Part shown: positions 16,358-24,830 of the stretch, piece after piece
Layout of the letters: the number at the start of each line of letters is the position of its first letter
How positions within the stretch are numbered: position 1 is the stretch's first letter
Origin: an uncultured bacterium
GTDB taxonomy: Bacteria > Auribacterota > JACPWU01
DNA: 32,000 nucleotides
NCBI GenBank assembly: GCA_964640155.1
Contig: CAZXEQ010000002.1
Coordinates: 180,001 to 212,000, forward strand
Reading direction: 5' to 3'
Notes under the pieces: generated by a model
Seen by the model: only the letters and a program-made list of their open reading frames with translations
Database searches by the model: none
What the model was told of the DNA's origin: nothing
Position numbers and translations under genes: made by a program

Positions 16358-17770
16358 TTAAATCTCCTGCACTTTGAGGAGATTGGTGATCCCTGATTTT
16401 TTGAGAGGGATACCTGTGATAATGACAATCGATTTAGACTGGCCCATTAATTGATGACTCTTTAATTCACGCTCTGCCGTTTGAATGAGTTGATCTGTAT
16501 TTTTCACCATACGTGTGAGAAGAGGATAGACTCCCCAGAAAAGGGCCATTTTTCTCCATACCGCTTGATTCACAGTGACACCTACAATCAACGCCTTGGG
16601 CCGAAATTTTGATATACGTAAAGCACTGGATCCCGAATAAGTAAAAGAAACAATACGATCCATTTTCATTTTTTCTGCAATATTGCGAGCGGCTTCAGAC
16701 AAAGCAAAAGCACTCTTTTTTTGAACATCCCCTTCCCCAATTCCGACGGGGTGACTTTCAAATCCTGTTTCTACTTCCTTCAAAATTTTTGACATCACTT
16801 GAACTGACTGAAGAGGAAAATTTCCTGAGGCGGTCTCTCCAGACAAAAGAACCGCATCTGTTCCATCGATAACAGCATTGGCCACATCCGAAACTTCTGC
16901 CCTTGTTGGATTTTCTTTTTCGATCATAGATTCCAACATTTGAGTCGCTGTAATGACATATTTTCCAAAATGAGCAGCTCGCTGAATAATTTTTTTCTGC
17001 AAAAACGGGATTTCCTCTAGCCCCATTTCAAGACCTAAATCTCCTCTTGCGACAAGCACTCCATCACTGGCCATCAAAATATCATCTAGATTTTGAATCG
17101 CCTCCGGCTGTTCAATTTTAGAGATTAAATGAGGGAAATGATCTTTGCCACGCATTTTACGGCGAAGCTTTTCCAAATCTTTTGATGAACGAACAAAAGA
17201 AAGAGCAACAAAATCTATATTTTCAGAAAGACCAAATTGAAAATCTCTGAAATCTTTAGGAGTCGGAGAAGGAATGTGCAATCTAGAATCTGGGAAATGA
17301 ATTCCTTGATGAGGTCTGATGACTCCTGAAGAAAGCGCTTTTGCAACCAATGTGTCTGATTTCTTTTTCTCGACATAGAAGGCAATCCCTTGATCCCCAA
17401 TCAAAATACGATGACCTATATCAACATCCTGATTGAGGAAAGGATAATCGATTGGGATCATCCCACGCCCTAAACTTGAAGATCCAAATATAATTTTTTC
17501 TCCTTTTTTAACTTGAAGAGGAGCAGAAAAAAACCCTAAACGAATGCGTGGACCTTGTAAATCTTGCAAAATGGCAATGGGTCTTTTTAATTTTTTTTCA
17601 ACCCTTCGTATATCTCGAATGATTTTTGAATATTCAGGATAAGTCCCATAAGAAAAATTGAGACGCGCTACATCCATTCCTGTTCTTGCTAATTTCTCGA
17701 TCATTTCAAATGAGTTTGAGACAGGACCTAACGTACAAATAATTTTAGTTTTTCGAAAAATCTCGTTCAT
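16358..17770 (-). CDS. pyk: Pyruvate kinase
   Basis: KIICTLGP, ARLNFSYG, DLQGPRIR, ASDGVLVARGDLGLE, ATQMLESM. I prefer the ATG at 17770 (MNEIFRKTKIICTLGP). Confidence 0.9.
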   Translation of the reverse strand: MNEIFRKTKIICTLGPVSNSFEMIEKLARTGMDVARLNFSYGTYPEYSKIIRDIRRVEKKLKRPIAILQDLQGPRIRLGFFSAPLQVKKGEKIIFGSSSLGRGMIPIDYPFLNQDVDIGHRILIGDQGIAFYVEKKKSDTLVAKALSSGVIRPHQGIHFPDSRLHIPSPTPKDFRDFQFGLSENIDFVALSFVRSSKDLEKLRRKMRGKDHFPHLISKIEQPEAIQNLDDILMASDGVLVARGDLGLEMGLEEIPFLQKKIIQRAAHFGKYVITATQMLESMIEKENPTRAEVSDVANAVIDGTDAVLLSGETASGNFPLQSVQVMSKILKEVETGFESHPVGIGEGDVQKKSAFALSEAARNIAEKMKMDRIVSFTYSGSSALRISKFRPKALIVGVTVNQAVWRKMALFWGVYPLLTRMVKNTDQLIQTAERELKSHQLMGQSKSIVIITGIPLKKSGITNLLKVQEI

Positions 17771-17777
17771 AAAAATC

Positions 17778-17969
17778 CTATTTATTTCTAATTGTTGCAA
17801 GTATCCCCAGGACAACACCAATTAAAACAGACAATGAAATCAGAAGCGCTTTTGGCATATTCCATTCAAAAATTAAAAATCGCGTACGAATAATTGCAGA
17901 GTTTTGAAAAACAAAAATCACGAATAGAATACAAATTGTTAAAAGTGAAATGAGTTTAAAATTTTTCAT
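17778..17969 (-). CDS. LapA/DUF1049-like small two-TM membrane protein
   Basis: 63 aa with two TM segments and an FQN......F..F.W..P motif. Its stop is 8 nt upstream of the pyk ATG. Confidence 0.5.
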   Translation of the reverse strand: MKNFKLISLLTICILFVIFVFQNSAIIRTRFLIFEWNMPKALLISLSVLIGVVLGILATIRNK

Positions 17970-17987
17970 AAAAACCTCCTCTTTTTA

Positions 17988-18626
17988 TCAAACACCTCTC
18001 ATCTGAGGATTCCAAATATATTTATGAATCTGCAGTTGAAGTCGAACAGGCAATTGAGTTTTCAAAATCCATTGAGTCAATTGTTGAGGATCTAGTTTCC
18101 CAAAAACAGGAGAAAACAAAACGGAACATTTTTTAAGCAAATCATGTTGTCGAACCATTTGGCAGGCCCAATCAAAATCTTGACGATCCAGAATCACAAA
18201 CTTTACTTCATCTCGTACAGACAAATATTCTAGATTTTCCCACATCATTTTATCAAGCATCCCGCTTCCAGGACATTTAATATCTACAACTTTGATGGAT
18301 CGAGTATCCAATCCCTCAAGCGACACAGCCCCACTGGTTTCAATCAGCACTTGAAAATTTAAATCGATCAAACGCTTTACCAAGACAATTACATCTTCTT
18401 GTAAGAGAGGTTCTCCTCCCGTAAGCTCAACCAATTGTACTCCTAATTTTTGTACTCGATCAATAACTTGATCAATACTCATTTCCTCTCCGTCATAAAA
18501 GGCATAAGCCGTATCACACCAAGTACAACGCAAATGGCATCCTGTAAGTCGAATAAAGGCACAGGGGAGTCCAGAATAGCTTGATTCCCCTTGAATACTT
18601 TTATAGATTTCATTAATTTTGAGCAT
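17988..18626 (-). CDS. queE: 7-carboxy-7-deazaguanine synthase (radical SAM)
   Basis: EIYKSIQGES..GLPCAFIRLTGCHLRCTWCDT (the CxxxCxxC cluster preceded by the QueE-typical QGE motif). ATG at 18626; the tracked start at 18635 is TTG. Confidence 0.85.
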   Translation of the reverse strand: MLKINEIYKSIQGESSYSGLPCAFIRLTGCHLRCTWCDTAYAFYDGEEMSIDQVIDRVQKLGVQLVELTGGEPLLQEDVIVLVKRLIDLNFQVLIETSGAVSLEGLDTRSIKVVDIKCPGSGMLDKMMWENLEYLSVRDEVKFVILDRQDFDWACQMVRQHDLLKKCSVLFSPVFGKLDPQQLTQWILKTQLPVRLQLQIHKYIWNPQMRGV

Positions 18627-18756
18627 AATGAACAAAATGTTTAACGTTTAAAGATCAAAGTTTCAAGGTCAAAAGAAAGATCTCCCTGCAATGATAACAT
18701 TCCTACACTAAAAATAGGAGTTCCTGATAACATACTTCAAATTAAGATCTCGTATC

Positions 18757-18882
18757 TAAAAGTGTGTCCTTTACAAATGCGGGTGACACTTGGCGGGGAG
18801 CCCCACCGCGCGCAATTTTTTATGAGCACAGTGGGGCTGACGAGTGGCAGGCCCCGCTACTTTTCAAAAGGACACACTTTTA
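18757..18882. repeat. GC-rich palindromic (MITE/REP-like) element, copy A
   Basis: Perfect 16-bp terminal inverted repeats: TAAAAGTGTGTCCTTT (18757-18772) and AAAGGACACACTTTTA (18867-18882). The GC-rich interior can form a long imperfect hairpin, e.g. CCCCACCGCGC with GCACAGTGGGG (11 bp including G-U). The reverse complement aligns to copy B at 21440-21549. Confidence 0.85.
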
Positions 18883-18928
18883 ATTACAATATCCAAATTA
18901 ACGTTATATTGGGAACGTCATCAAATTT

Positions 18929-19579
18929 ATGAAAAACATTCATACCGTCATTGATATTCTGAAAAAGGAAATTCGACAGTGGAAAACCCCAGCGGTGGGT
19001 GTTATCGCTGAAGAATCTAAAGATCCTTTTCAAGTTTTGATTTCATGTCTTTTAAGCCTTCGCACAAAAGACGAAGTGACAGATATGGCTTCCCAAAAAC
19101 TTTTTGAGAAAGCGTCGACACCCCAAACTATGTTAAAGCTAGATATACAAACCATTCAAAAATTGATTTACCCCGTTTGTTTTTATCGTGTCAAAGCTCA
19201 AAGAATTTTAGAAATTTGCTGGGACATTATGCATCGCTTTCAAGGGCAGGTTCCGAATACCCTAGATGAACTACTCACATTGAAAGGAGTAGGGAGAAAA
19301 ACAGCCAATCTTGTTCTAACACTTGGATTTGACAAAGATGGTATTTGTGTGGATACGCATGTTCATCGTATTTCCAATCGTTGGAAATTGGTCAAAACTA
19401 AAACAGCGAACGAAACAGAATTTGCACTCAGAAAAGTACTTCCCAAAACCTACTGGAAAATTTTTAATGACCTTCTCGTCCCGTACGGACAAAATCTCTG
19501 TCGACCTATCTCTCCTTTTTGCAGTCTTTGTAAAATTGCTTCTTATTGTGCCAAACATGGAGTAAGTCAACACCGATAA
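18929..19579 (+). CDS. nth: Endonuclease III
   Basis: HhH-GPD motif LLTLKGVGRKTANLVL, catalytic D in VDTHV, and C-terminal Fe-S cluster C-x6-C-x2-C-x5-C (CRPISPFCSLCKIASYC). Confidence 0.9.
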   Translation: MKNIHTVIDILKKEIRQWKTPAVGVIAEESKDPFQVLISCLLSLRTKDEVTDMASQKLFEKASTPQTMLKLDIQTIQKLIYPVCFYRVKAQRILEICWDIMHRFQGQVPNTLDELLTLKGVGRKTANLVLTLGFDKDGICVDTHVHRISNRWKLVKTKTANETEFALRKVLPKTYWKIFNDLLVPYGQNLCRPISPFCSLCKIASYCAKHGVSQHR

Positions 19580-19583
19580 TAAA

Positions 19584-20435
19584 ATGACTACCAGCGCTAT
19601 TTATATGATCATTTCATCTTTTCTATTCGCACTGATGGGAGTCTGTGTTCGCATGGCAAGTCTTACACTGCCCGTTTCAGAAATTGTTCTTTTTCGAAGT
19701 CTCATTGGTTTTTTTATTCTTGTTCCTATGATGATTGTCAAAAAAAGCCCTTTTGTCGGGAAAAGACCGTGGATTCTTTTGGCAAGAGGGATTTCTGGAT
19801 TCCTTGCTTTGAGTTTTTATTTTTGGTCTATCAGCAAAATCCCTTTGGCTACAGCGGTCATGCTCAACTACACATCTCCTCTTTTTGTAGCCTGTCTTGC
19901 CCCTTTTCTTTTAAAGGAACCTTTTGATAAAAAGATTTTTATTTTAATCTTATTAGGATTAATCGGCGTCATTCTTATTGTTCATCCTGATCACAACATG
20001 GATTTATGGGGGGCTATCATTGGCCTCATTTCTGGCATCTTTGCTGCTTTTGCCTATCTTTCTATTGGTGCTGTTCGAAAAGACGATTCATCTTTAACCA
20101 TCGTTTTCTATTTTTTCTGGGTGTCATGTTTATTGTCTATTCCCATTGCATGGAAATCTTTCAAAACACCTCATCTATCTGAACTGGCCTATCTTTTTGG
20201 AACGGGCCTTTTCGCAACCATCGCTCAAATTTTCATGACCAAAGCTTATCGGCTTGGAAACACAGCAACAACGAGCGCTTATTCTTCCAGCATCGTTTTA
20301 TTTTCGATTTTTTGCGGAGCTATTTTTTGGAATGAAATCCCAAATATTTTTTCCATTTTGGGAGGTCTGCTTGTCGTCATTTGCGTTATATTCATTTCGA
20401 GGATTGAAAAAGTACCCCCTTCCACAACAGTTTAA
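19584..20435 (+). CDS. EamA/DMT-family transporter
   Basis: Ten hydrophobic segments arranged as two EamA-like halves. Starts 5 nt after the nth stop. Confidence 0.75.
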   Translation: MTTSAIYMIISSFLFALMGVCVRMASLTLPVSEIVLFRSLIGFFILVPMMIVKKSPFVGKRPWILLARGISGFLALSFYFWSISKIPLATAVMLNYTSPLFVACLAPFLLKEPFDKKIFILILLGLIGVILIVHPDHNMDLWGAIIGLISGIFAAFAYLSIGAVRKDDSSLTIVFYFFWVSCLLSIPIAWKSFKTPHLSELAYLFGTGLFATIAQIFMTKAYRLGNTATTSAYSSSIVLFSIFCGAIFWNEIPNIFSILGGLLVVICVIFISRIEKVPPSTTV

Positions 20436-20447
20436 GGATAAGAGAAA

Positions 20448-21413
20448 ATGAAAAGCGAACTTAAAAAGCTGCCATCTCTTTTTTTAGAAAGATTGAAAAA
20501 GATTGTGGGTCTTCAAAAATTTGATTCCACTGCGAACACCTTTGCCGAAGATAAACCTACTACCTTTCGTGTAAATACATTAAAAACGACTCCTATTCAA
20601 ATACAACAAGAACTCTCTTCTCAAGAATTTAGAATAGATGCGGTTCCCTGGTACCCTGAAGCATTTATTGTGCGTAAAGGTCGCTTAAGAGAACTTCAAG
20701 AAACCAAGGCCTATCAAGAAGGCAGAATCTACGTTCAGAATCTTTCGAGTATGCTTCCTCCCTTAGTGCTCGCACCGGAAGGTTCTGAAAATATTCTTGA
20801 TCTTGCAGCAGCTCCAGGGAGTAAAACAACTCAAATCGCGATGATGATGAAAGGGCAAGGGAAAATCATCGCCAACGACAATAACAAAATCCGCTTTTTT
20901 AAATTAAAAGCCAATCTCGAACTTCAAGGTTGTACAAATGTAGAAGCTACCCTTAAATATGGAGAAACATTCGGGCGAGAATATCCTGAAATGTTTGACC
21001 GTGTCCTTTTAGATGCTCCTTGCAGCAGTGAAGGACGCTTCAGTGCTCATGAACCCAGTTCCTATTCTTATTGGAAACCTGGGAAAACTCACGAGATGGC
21101 CCAAAAGCAAAAAAAACTAATGTCTTCGGCTCTCCATGCTTTACGCGTGGGAGGAATTCTTGTCTATTCCACTTGTACTTTTGCACCTGAAGAAAATGAA
21201 GAAGTTTTGGATTGGGCTCTTAAGAGATTCCCCAATGTCTTTCAAATTGAAAATATTCAACTGTCTCTTCAAAATCAGACCCCAGGTCTTATGCAATGGG
21301 AAGACAAGAAATTTGATCCTTCCGTTTATAAAGCCAAACGTATTCTTCCAACAGGTGAAATGGAAGGTTTTTTCGTGGCAAAATTACGAAAATTAAATTC
21401 TCTTAAGGCTTGA
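20448..21413 (+). CDS. RsmB/RsmF (NOL1/NOP2/Sun) family RNA cytosine-C5 methyltransferase
   Basis: DLAAAPGSKTTQIA (SAM binding), DAPCSSEGRF and YSTCTFAPEENEEV (the two catalytic Cys motifs). Confidence 0.85.
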   Translation: MKSELKKLPSLFLERLKKIVGLQKFDSTANTFAEDKPTTFRVNTLKTTPIQIQQELSSQEFRIDAVPWYPEAFIVRKGRLRELQETKAYQEGRIYVQNLSSMLPPLVLAPEGSENILDLAAAPGSKTTQIAMMMKGQGKIIANDNNKIRFFKLKANLELQGCTNVEATLKYGETFGREYPEMFDRVLLDAPCSSEGRFSAHEPSSYSYWKPGKTHEMAQKQKKLMSSALHALRVGGILVYSTCTFAPEENEEVLDWALKRFPNVFQIENIQLSLQNQTPGLMQWEDKKFDPSVYKAKRILPTGEMEGFFVAKLRKLNSLKA

Positions 21414-21439
21414 TTCTAGTAAATCAATATATGTTTTTT

Positions 21440-21549
21440 GGACAGGTAGCGGGTCCTGTCACTCGTCAGCCCCACCGTGCTCAAGTATTAGTTGCTCGCG
21501 TCGGGGCCTCCCCGCCGAGTGCCACCCGCATCTGTAAAGAAGACATTTT
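21440..21549. repeat. GC-rich palindromic element, copy B (opposite orientation to copy A)
   Basis: Hand alignment to the reverse complement of copy A gives 35/38 identities for GTAGCGGGTCCTGTCACTCGTCAGCCCCACCGTGCTCA and about 39/45 for GCTCGCGTCGGGGCCTCCCCGCCGAGTGCCACCCGCATCTGTAAAG. A divergent AT-rich central loop separates the two blocks. Confidence 0.8.
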
Positions 21550-21660
21550 GACTTACAACATCTAAGGCTCCTCGAGATCATATTAAACCCTCAGCCTTAG
21601 TAAGAAATTTGGTATACTTAAGTCTGATCTAAAATCTAGGACAAAACCTCTAAAAAACTT

Positions 21661-22548
21661 ATGAAAAAAGATTTTGAGTCACTTTTTAAAGCAAAACAGC
21701 AAAAAATTGAAAAAGCTCTAGACGCTTTACTGCCGTCACAAAATACAGAGCCCAAAATCATTCATGAAGCCATGCGATACTCTGTGTTAGCGGGGGGCAA
21801 GCGTTTGCGACCTGTTCTTTGTCTGGCAAGCTGCGAGGCTACGGGAGGAAAAGAAGATGATGCCATTCCCTATGCATGCAGCTTAGAGCTGATTCACACC
21901 TATTCTCTGGTTCATGATGATTTGCCTTGCATGGACAATGATGATTTTAGAAGAGGCCGCCCTACCAATCACAAAGTTTTTGGAGAAGCCATGGCGGTAT
22001 TGGCAGGCGACGCTTTGCTCACGCTTTCTTTTGAATGGATGACGCAAGGAAATCATGTTGCCCCCCATCAAAAAGTACAAATCATTCAGACCATTGCTCA
22101 AGGCTCTGGAACACAAGGCATGGTAGGGGGTCAAGTCGTAGATCTTTATTTTCAGGGGAAATCAGTAGATGCCGAAAAACTAGAATACATTCATATGAAT
22201 AAAACCGCTCGATTGATTGAAGCCTCAGTAAAAGCAGGAGCACTTGTGAGTGGGGCCTCTGATGAAATCGTTCAAAAAATGGGTCAATATGGACAATGTT
22301 TAGGATTAGCTTTCCAAATTACCGATGATCTTCTAGATGTTTTGGGAAATGCAAAAAAAATGGGTAAGGCTGTGGGCAAAGATGCCGAGCTTCTCAAAGC
22401 CACTTACCCCGGTTTATTTGGCGTCGAAAAATCTCAAAAAATGGTTCAGGATCTTATCCAAAGAGGACGTGAAGCCATTGCCTTTTTAAATGAGAAGGGA
22501 TTTTTTCTTCAAGAAGTTCTGAACATGGTTCAAACTCGTGAGCATTAG
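21661..22548 (+). CDS. ispA: Polyprenyl (farnesyl/geranylgeranyl) diphosphate synthase
   Basis: First Asp-rich motif LVHDDLPCMDNDDFRRGRPT and second motif FQITDDLLD. Confidence 0.85.
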   Translation: MKKDFESLFKAKQQKIEKALDALLPSQNTEPKIIHEAMRYSVLAGGKRLRPVLCLASCEATGGKEDDAIPYACSLELIHTYSLVHDDLPCMDNDDFRRGRPTNHKVFGEAMAVLAGDALLTLSFEWMTQGNHVAPHQKVQIIQTIAQGSGTQGMVGGQVVDLYFQGKSVDAEKLEYIHMNKTARLIEASVKAGALVSGASDEIVQKMGQYGQCLGLAFQITDDLLDVLGNAKKMGKAVGKDAELLKATYPGLFGVEKSQKMVQDLIQRGREAIAFLNEKGFFLQEVLNMVQTREH

Positions 22549-22559
22549 GAGTTCATTCA

Positions 22560-23975
22560 ATGCGTTTAGAACAAGTTCAAAAACAAAGCCAAAAAATGAT
22601 CATGAGTCCCCAAATGCAACAGGGGATTCAATTTCTGCAACTCCCTTTGATGGAACTTTCCGCACTGATTCAGCAAGAAATGGCAGCTAATCCCGTCCTT
22701 GAAGAAGTCCCGAATATAGAAGCCCCTTCCGTCGAAAAAGAAGAAAACACCAAAGACTCTGAAGTCGATTTTGATGATGAGTTTGGTCGCCTCTCAGAAT
22801 TGGACGATGAATGGAAAGAATATTTCCGCCAAGCCGGTAGTTATACCAAAATGAGCCAAGATGAAGAAAAAAGAAGACGATTTTTTGAAGAATCCGTTAC
22901 CATCCAAGAAACCTTGCAAGAACATCTCTTGAATCAATTATCTTTAAACATTTCTGAAGAAAAAGATAAAACTATTGGAGAACTTTTGATCGGAGCTCTT
23001 GATGAAAATGGATATCTCACAACCTCTCTAGAAGAGGTTGCACAAACGTCCAGTCATTCTCTTTTGGATTTAGATAGAATTTTGAAAATCATTCAAACCT
23101 TTCATCCTGTAGGAGTCGCAGCAAGAAGTTTAAGCGAATGTCTTTGGATTCAGCTCACTCGTCTGGGAAAAGAAAACAGTTTAGAATCAAAAATCGTTAA
23201 AGAATATCTTGGAGAACTAGCGAAACACAATTTTCCAGGTCTTGCAAAAATTTTAGACGTTGATGTGTCCCAGATTCATAGAGCTGCAGAATTCATTTCT
23301 ACTCTGGAACCCAAACCTGGTCGCATTTTTGATTCTCAGAATATTCATTATGCTACTCCTGATATTGTGGTGGAAAAAGTGGGAGACGAGTATGTTGTGA
23401 TTTTAAACGATGATCGTATCCCCCATGTTCGAATCAGCAATCTTTATCGCAACTTAATGAAGGATAAAAATCTGGAGGGAGAAACCAAAGATTATATTCG
23501 CAATAAAGTTCAAGCAGGAAAATGGCTGGTCAAAAATATTCAACTTCGACAACAAACCCTTTATCAAATTGCTTCGACCATTGTGAAAGAACAACAAGAA
23601 TTTTTTGAAAATGGGGTTTCTTCTTTAAAACCTCTCATCATGCAAACCGTCGCAACAGCTATTGGTATGCATGAATCGACAGTATCTCGAGCCATCGCAA
23701 ATAAACACATGTCAACCCCGCGCGGCCTTTTCCAAATGAAATATTTCTTCACACCTGGAATGCAAACTCAAGCGGGGCAATCTATGTCCACCACCAACAT
23801 CAAGGAAATGATTCATGAAATCATTTCTAAAGAAGATTCCTTACATCCCTTGAGTGATCAGGACATGGTCGAGCAGCTCAAAACCAAAGGGATTGATGTC
23901 GCCCGGCGAACCATTACCAAATACAGAAAAGAGCTAAAAATTTTATCTTCTAATTTAAGGAAAAAGCATTTTTAG
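22560..23975 (+). CDS. rpoN: RNA polymerase sigma-54 factor
   Basis: Gln-rich region I (QKMIMSPQMQQGIQFLQLPLMEL), acidic region II, core-binding region, HTH (ESTVSRAIANK) and RpoN box ARRTITKYRKEL. Confidence 0.92.
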   Translation: MRLEQVQKQSQKMIMSPQMQQGIQFLQLPLMELSALIQQEMAANPVLEEVPNIEAPSVEKEENTKDSEVDFDDEFGRLSELDDEWKEYFRQAGSYTKMSQDEEKRRRFFEESVTIQETLQEHLLNQLSLNISEEKDKTIGELLIGALDENGYLTTSLEEVAQTSSHSLLDLDRILKIIQTFHPVGVAARSLSECLWIQLTRLGKENSLESKIVKEYLGELAKHNFPGLAKILDVDVSQIHRAAEFISTLEPKPGRIFDSQNIHYATPDIVVEKVGDEYVVILNDDRIPHVRISNLYRNLMKDKNLEGETKDYIRNKVQAGKWLVKNIQLRQQTLYQIASTIVKEQQEFFENGVSSLKPLIMQTVATAIGMHESTVSRAIANKHMSTPRGLFQMKYFFTPGMQTQAGQSMSTTNIKEMIHEIISKEDSLHPLSDQDMVEQLKTKGIDVARRTITKYRKELKILSSNLRKKHF

Positions 23976-23994
23976 TTTTTGCTCTATCTTTATC

Positions 23995-24048
23995 TTGAAT
24001 GTTTCATTTTGAATCAAACTTCCCGATTGAATCCCTGTTTTTATTCAA
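23995..24048 (+). promoter_or_regulatory. Cluster of TTGAAT hexamers (3 direct, 1 inverted); candidate upstream activator site
   Basis: TTGAAT at 23995, 24009 and 24027, and ATTCAA at 24043. The last pair forms TTGAAT-N10-ATTCAA, centred about 60 nt upstream of the -24 element. Confidence 0.3.
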
Positions 24049-24095
24049 AACTTAACTAATTGTCTTGCAAATAGTAATGCTACATTTAATCTTTT

Positions 24096-24111
24096 AGGCA
24101 TTCTTTATGCT
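24096..24111 (+). promoter_or_regulatory. Candidate sigma-54 (-24/-12) promoter
   Basis: AGGCATTCTTTATGCT has GG (24097-24098) and GC (24109-24110) separated by exactly 10 nt, matching GGCA...TGC of the TGGCAC-N5-TTGCW consensus. It lies about 40 nt upstream of the ATG at 24151. Confidence 0.45.
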
Positions 24112-24150
24112 GCTTTATAAGCTAAGGGGGGAAATCAAAAGGAGGATAAA

Positions 24151-24621
24151 ATGAAAACCTTAAAAATGATTTCCCTAGGAACTTTTTTGGTTCTAGGAAT
24201 GCTGATTCATTCAAGTTCATTCGCATTCGTTACGAGAAATGGTCTAAGGCAAAGCCCCATGAACGGGCTTTCTACCAAAGTGCTTTCGCAGGAGAATATC
24301 AAGCCTCGCAAAGCAAGCATGAATGGATTGAGCAGCTTGAACCTCTCAGAAAACATTAAGCCAAGAAAGCTGGTTTCAACCAATGGCTTATCTTTCAATG
24401 GTTTTTCCAAGAATGGGAAAAGCGTCAATAAGTTAAGAGCCAATGGATTGACAAAAAACGGTTTTCAGAGAAATGGCCTTCAACACAATGGGATTCAGAA
24501 AAATGGACTTCAGAAAAATGGATATCAAAGAAATGGAGTTCCAGAATCTTCTTGTGGTCGAACGGCTCAATCCATTTACCAGACCTTAGCTGCTCATCCT
24601 TTAACAGTTAAACATGAATAA
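24151..24621 (+). CDS. Secreted NG-pentapeptide-repeat protein P1 (unknown family)
   Basis: AAGGAGG RBS and a signal-peptide-like N-terminus. Two ENIKPRK...NGLS modules are followed by 11 consecutive 5-residue units (NGLSF NGFSK NGKSV NKLRA NGLTK NGFQR NGLQH NGIQK NGLQK NGYQR NGVPE) and a conserved Cys-containing tail. Confidence 0.75.
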   Translation: MKTLKMISLGTFLVLGMLIHSSSFAFVTRNGLRQSPMNGLSTKVLSQENIKPRKASMNGLSSLNLSENIKPRKLVSTNGLSFNGFSKNGKSVNKLRANGLTKNGFQRNGLQHNGIQKNGLQKNGYQRNGVPESSCGRTAQSIYQTLAAHPLTVKHE

Positions 24622-24640
24622 GGGTTTTTTTGCAAAGAAA

Positions 24641-24673
24641 CCAAGGACGCTAGCCCGAATCTAGCGTCCTTGG
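24641..24673 (+). terminator. Strong hairpin downstream of P1
   Basis: CCAAGGACGCTAG-CCCGAAT-CTAGCGTCCTTGG is a 13-bp perfect stem followed by TTGT, a weak U tract. Confidence 0.55.
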
Positions 24674-24759
24674 TTGTCATAAAAAAGAATAAAATTAACA
24701 TGTTTAACTATCTCTGCTTAAACAAGATACATATTTTAATAAAAAAAATGTCTTTCCCC

Positions 24760-24788
24760 TTGATTATGGATGAAGCATATTTTAGAAT
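24760..24788 (+). promoter_or_regulatory. Candidate sigma-70-type promoter for P2
   Basis: TTGATT-N17-TAGAAT, about 43 nt upstream of the ATG at 24831. AT-rich context lowers its significance. Confidence 0.35.
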
Positions 24789-24830
24789 TAATCTTAACAA
24801 GAAGGGGGGAACCGTAAAGGAGGTTCCAAG

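Noticed and set aside
18627-18756. Looked for a preQ1 riboswitch upstream of queE.
   Set aside because: No hairpin followed by an A-rich ...AAAAAACUA tail, and no other preQ1-I/II-like motif, on the minus strand.
18834-18841. CTGACGAG inside the GC-rich element (also in copy B, minus strand, at 21461-21468) resembles the hammerhead ribozyme core CUGANGA.
   Set aside because: In copy B a 6-bp stem follows (GACAGG/CCUGUC), but it is succeeded by CAAAAAA rather than the essential GAAA. No stem I/III or UH cleavage-site arrangement can be drawn. Copy A lacks even the stem.
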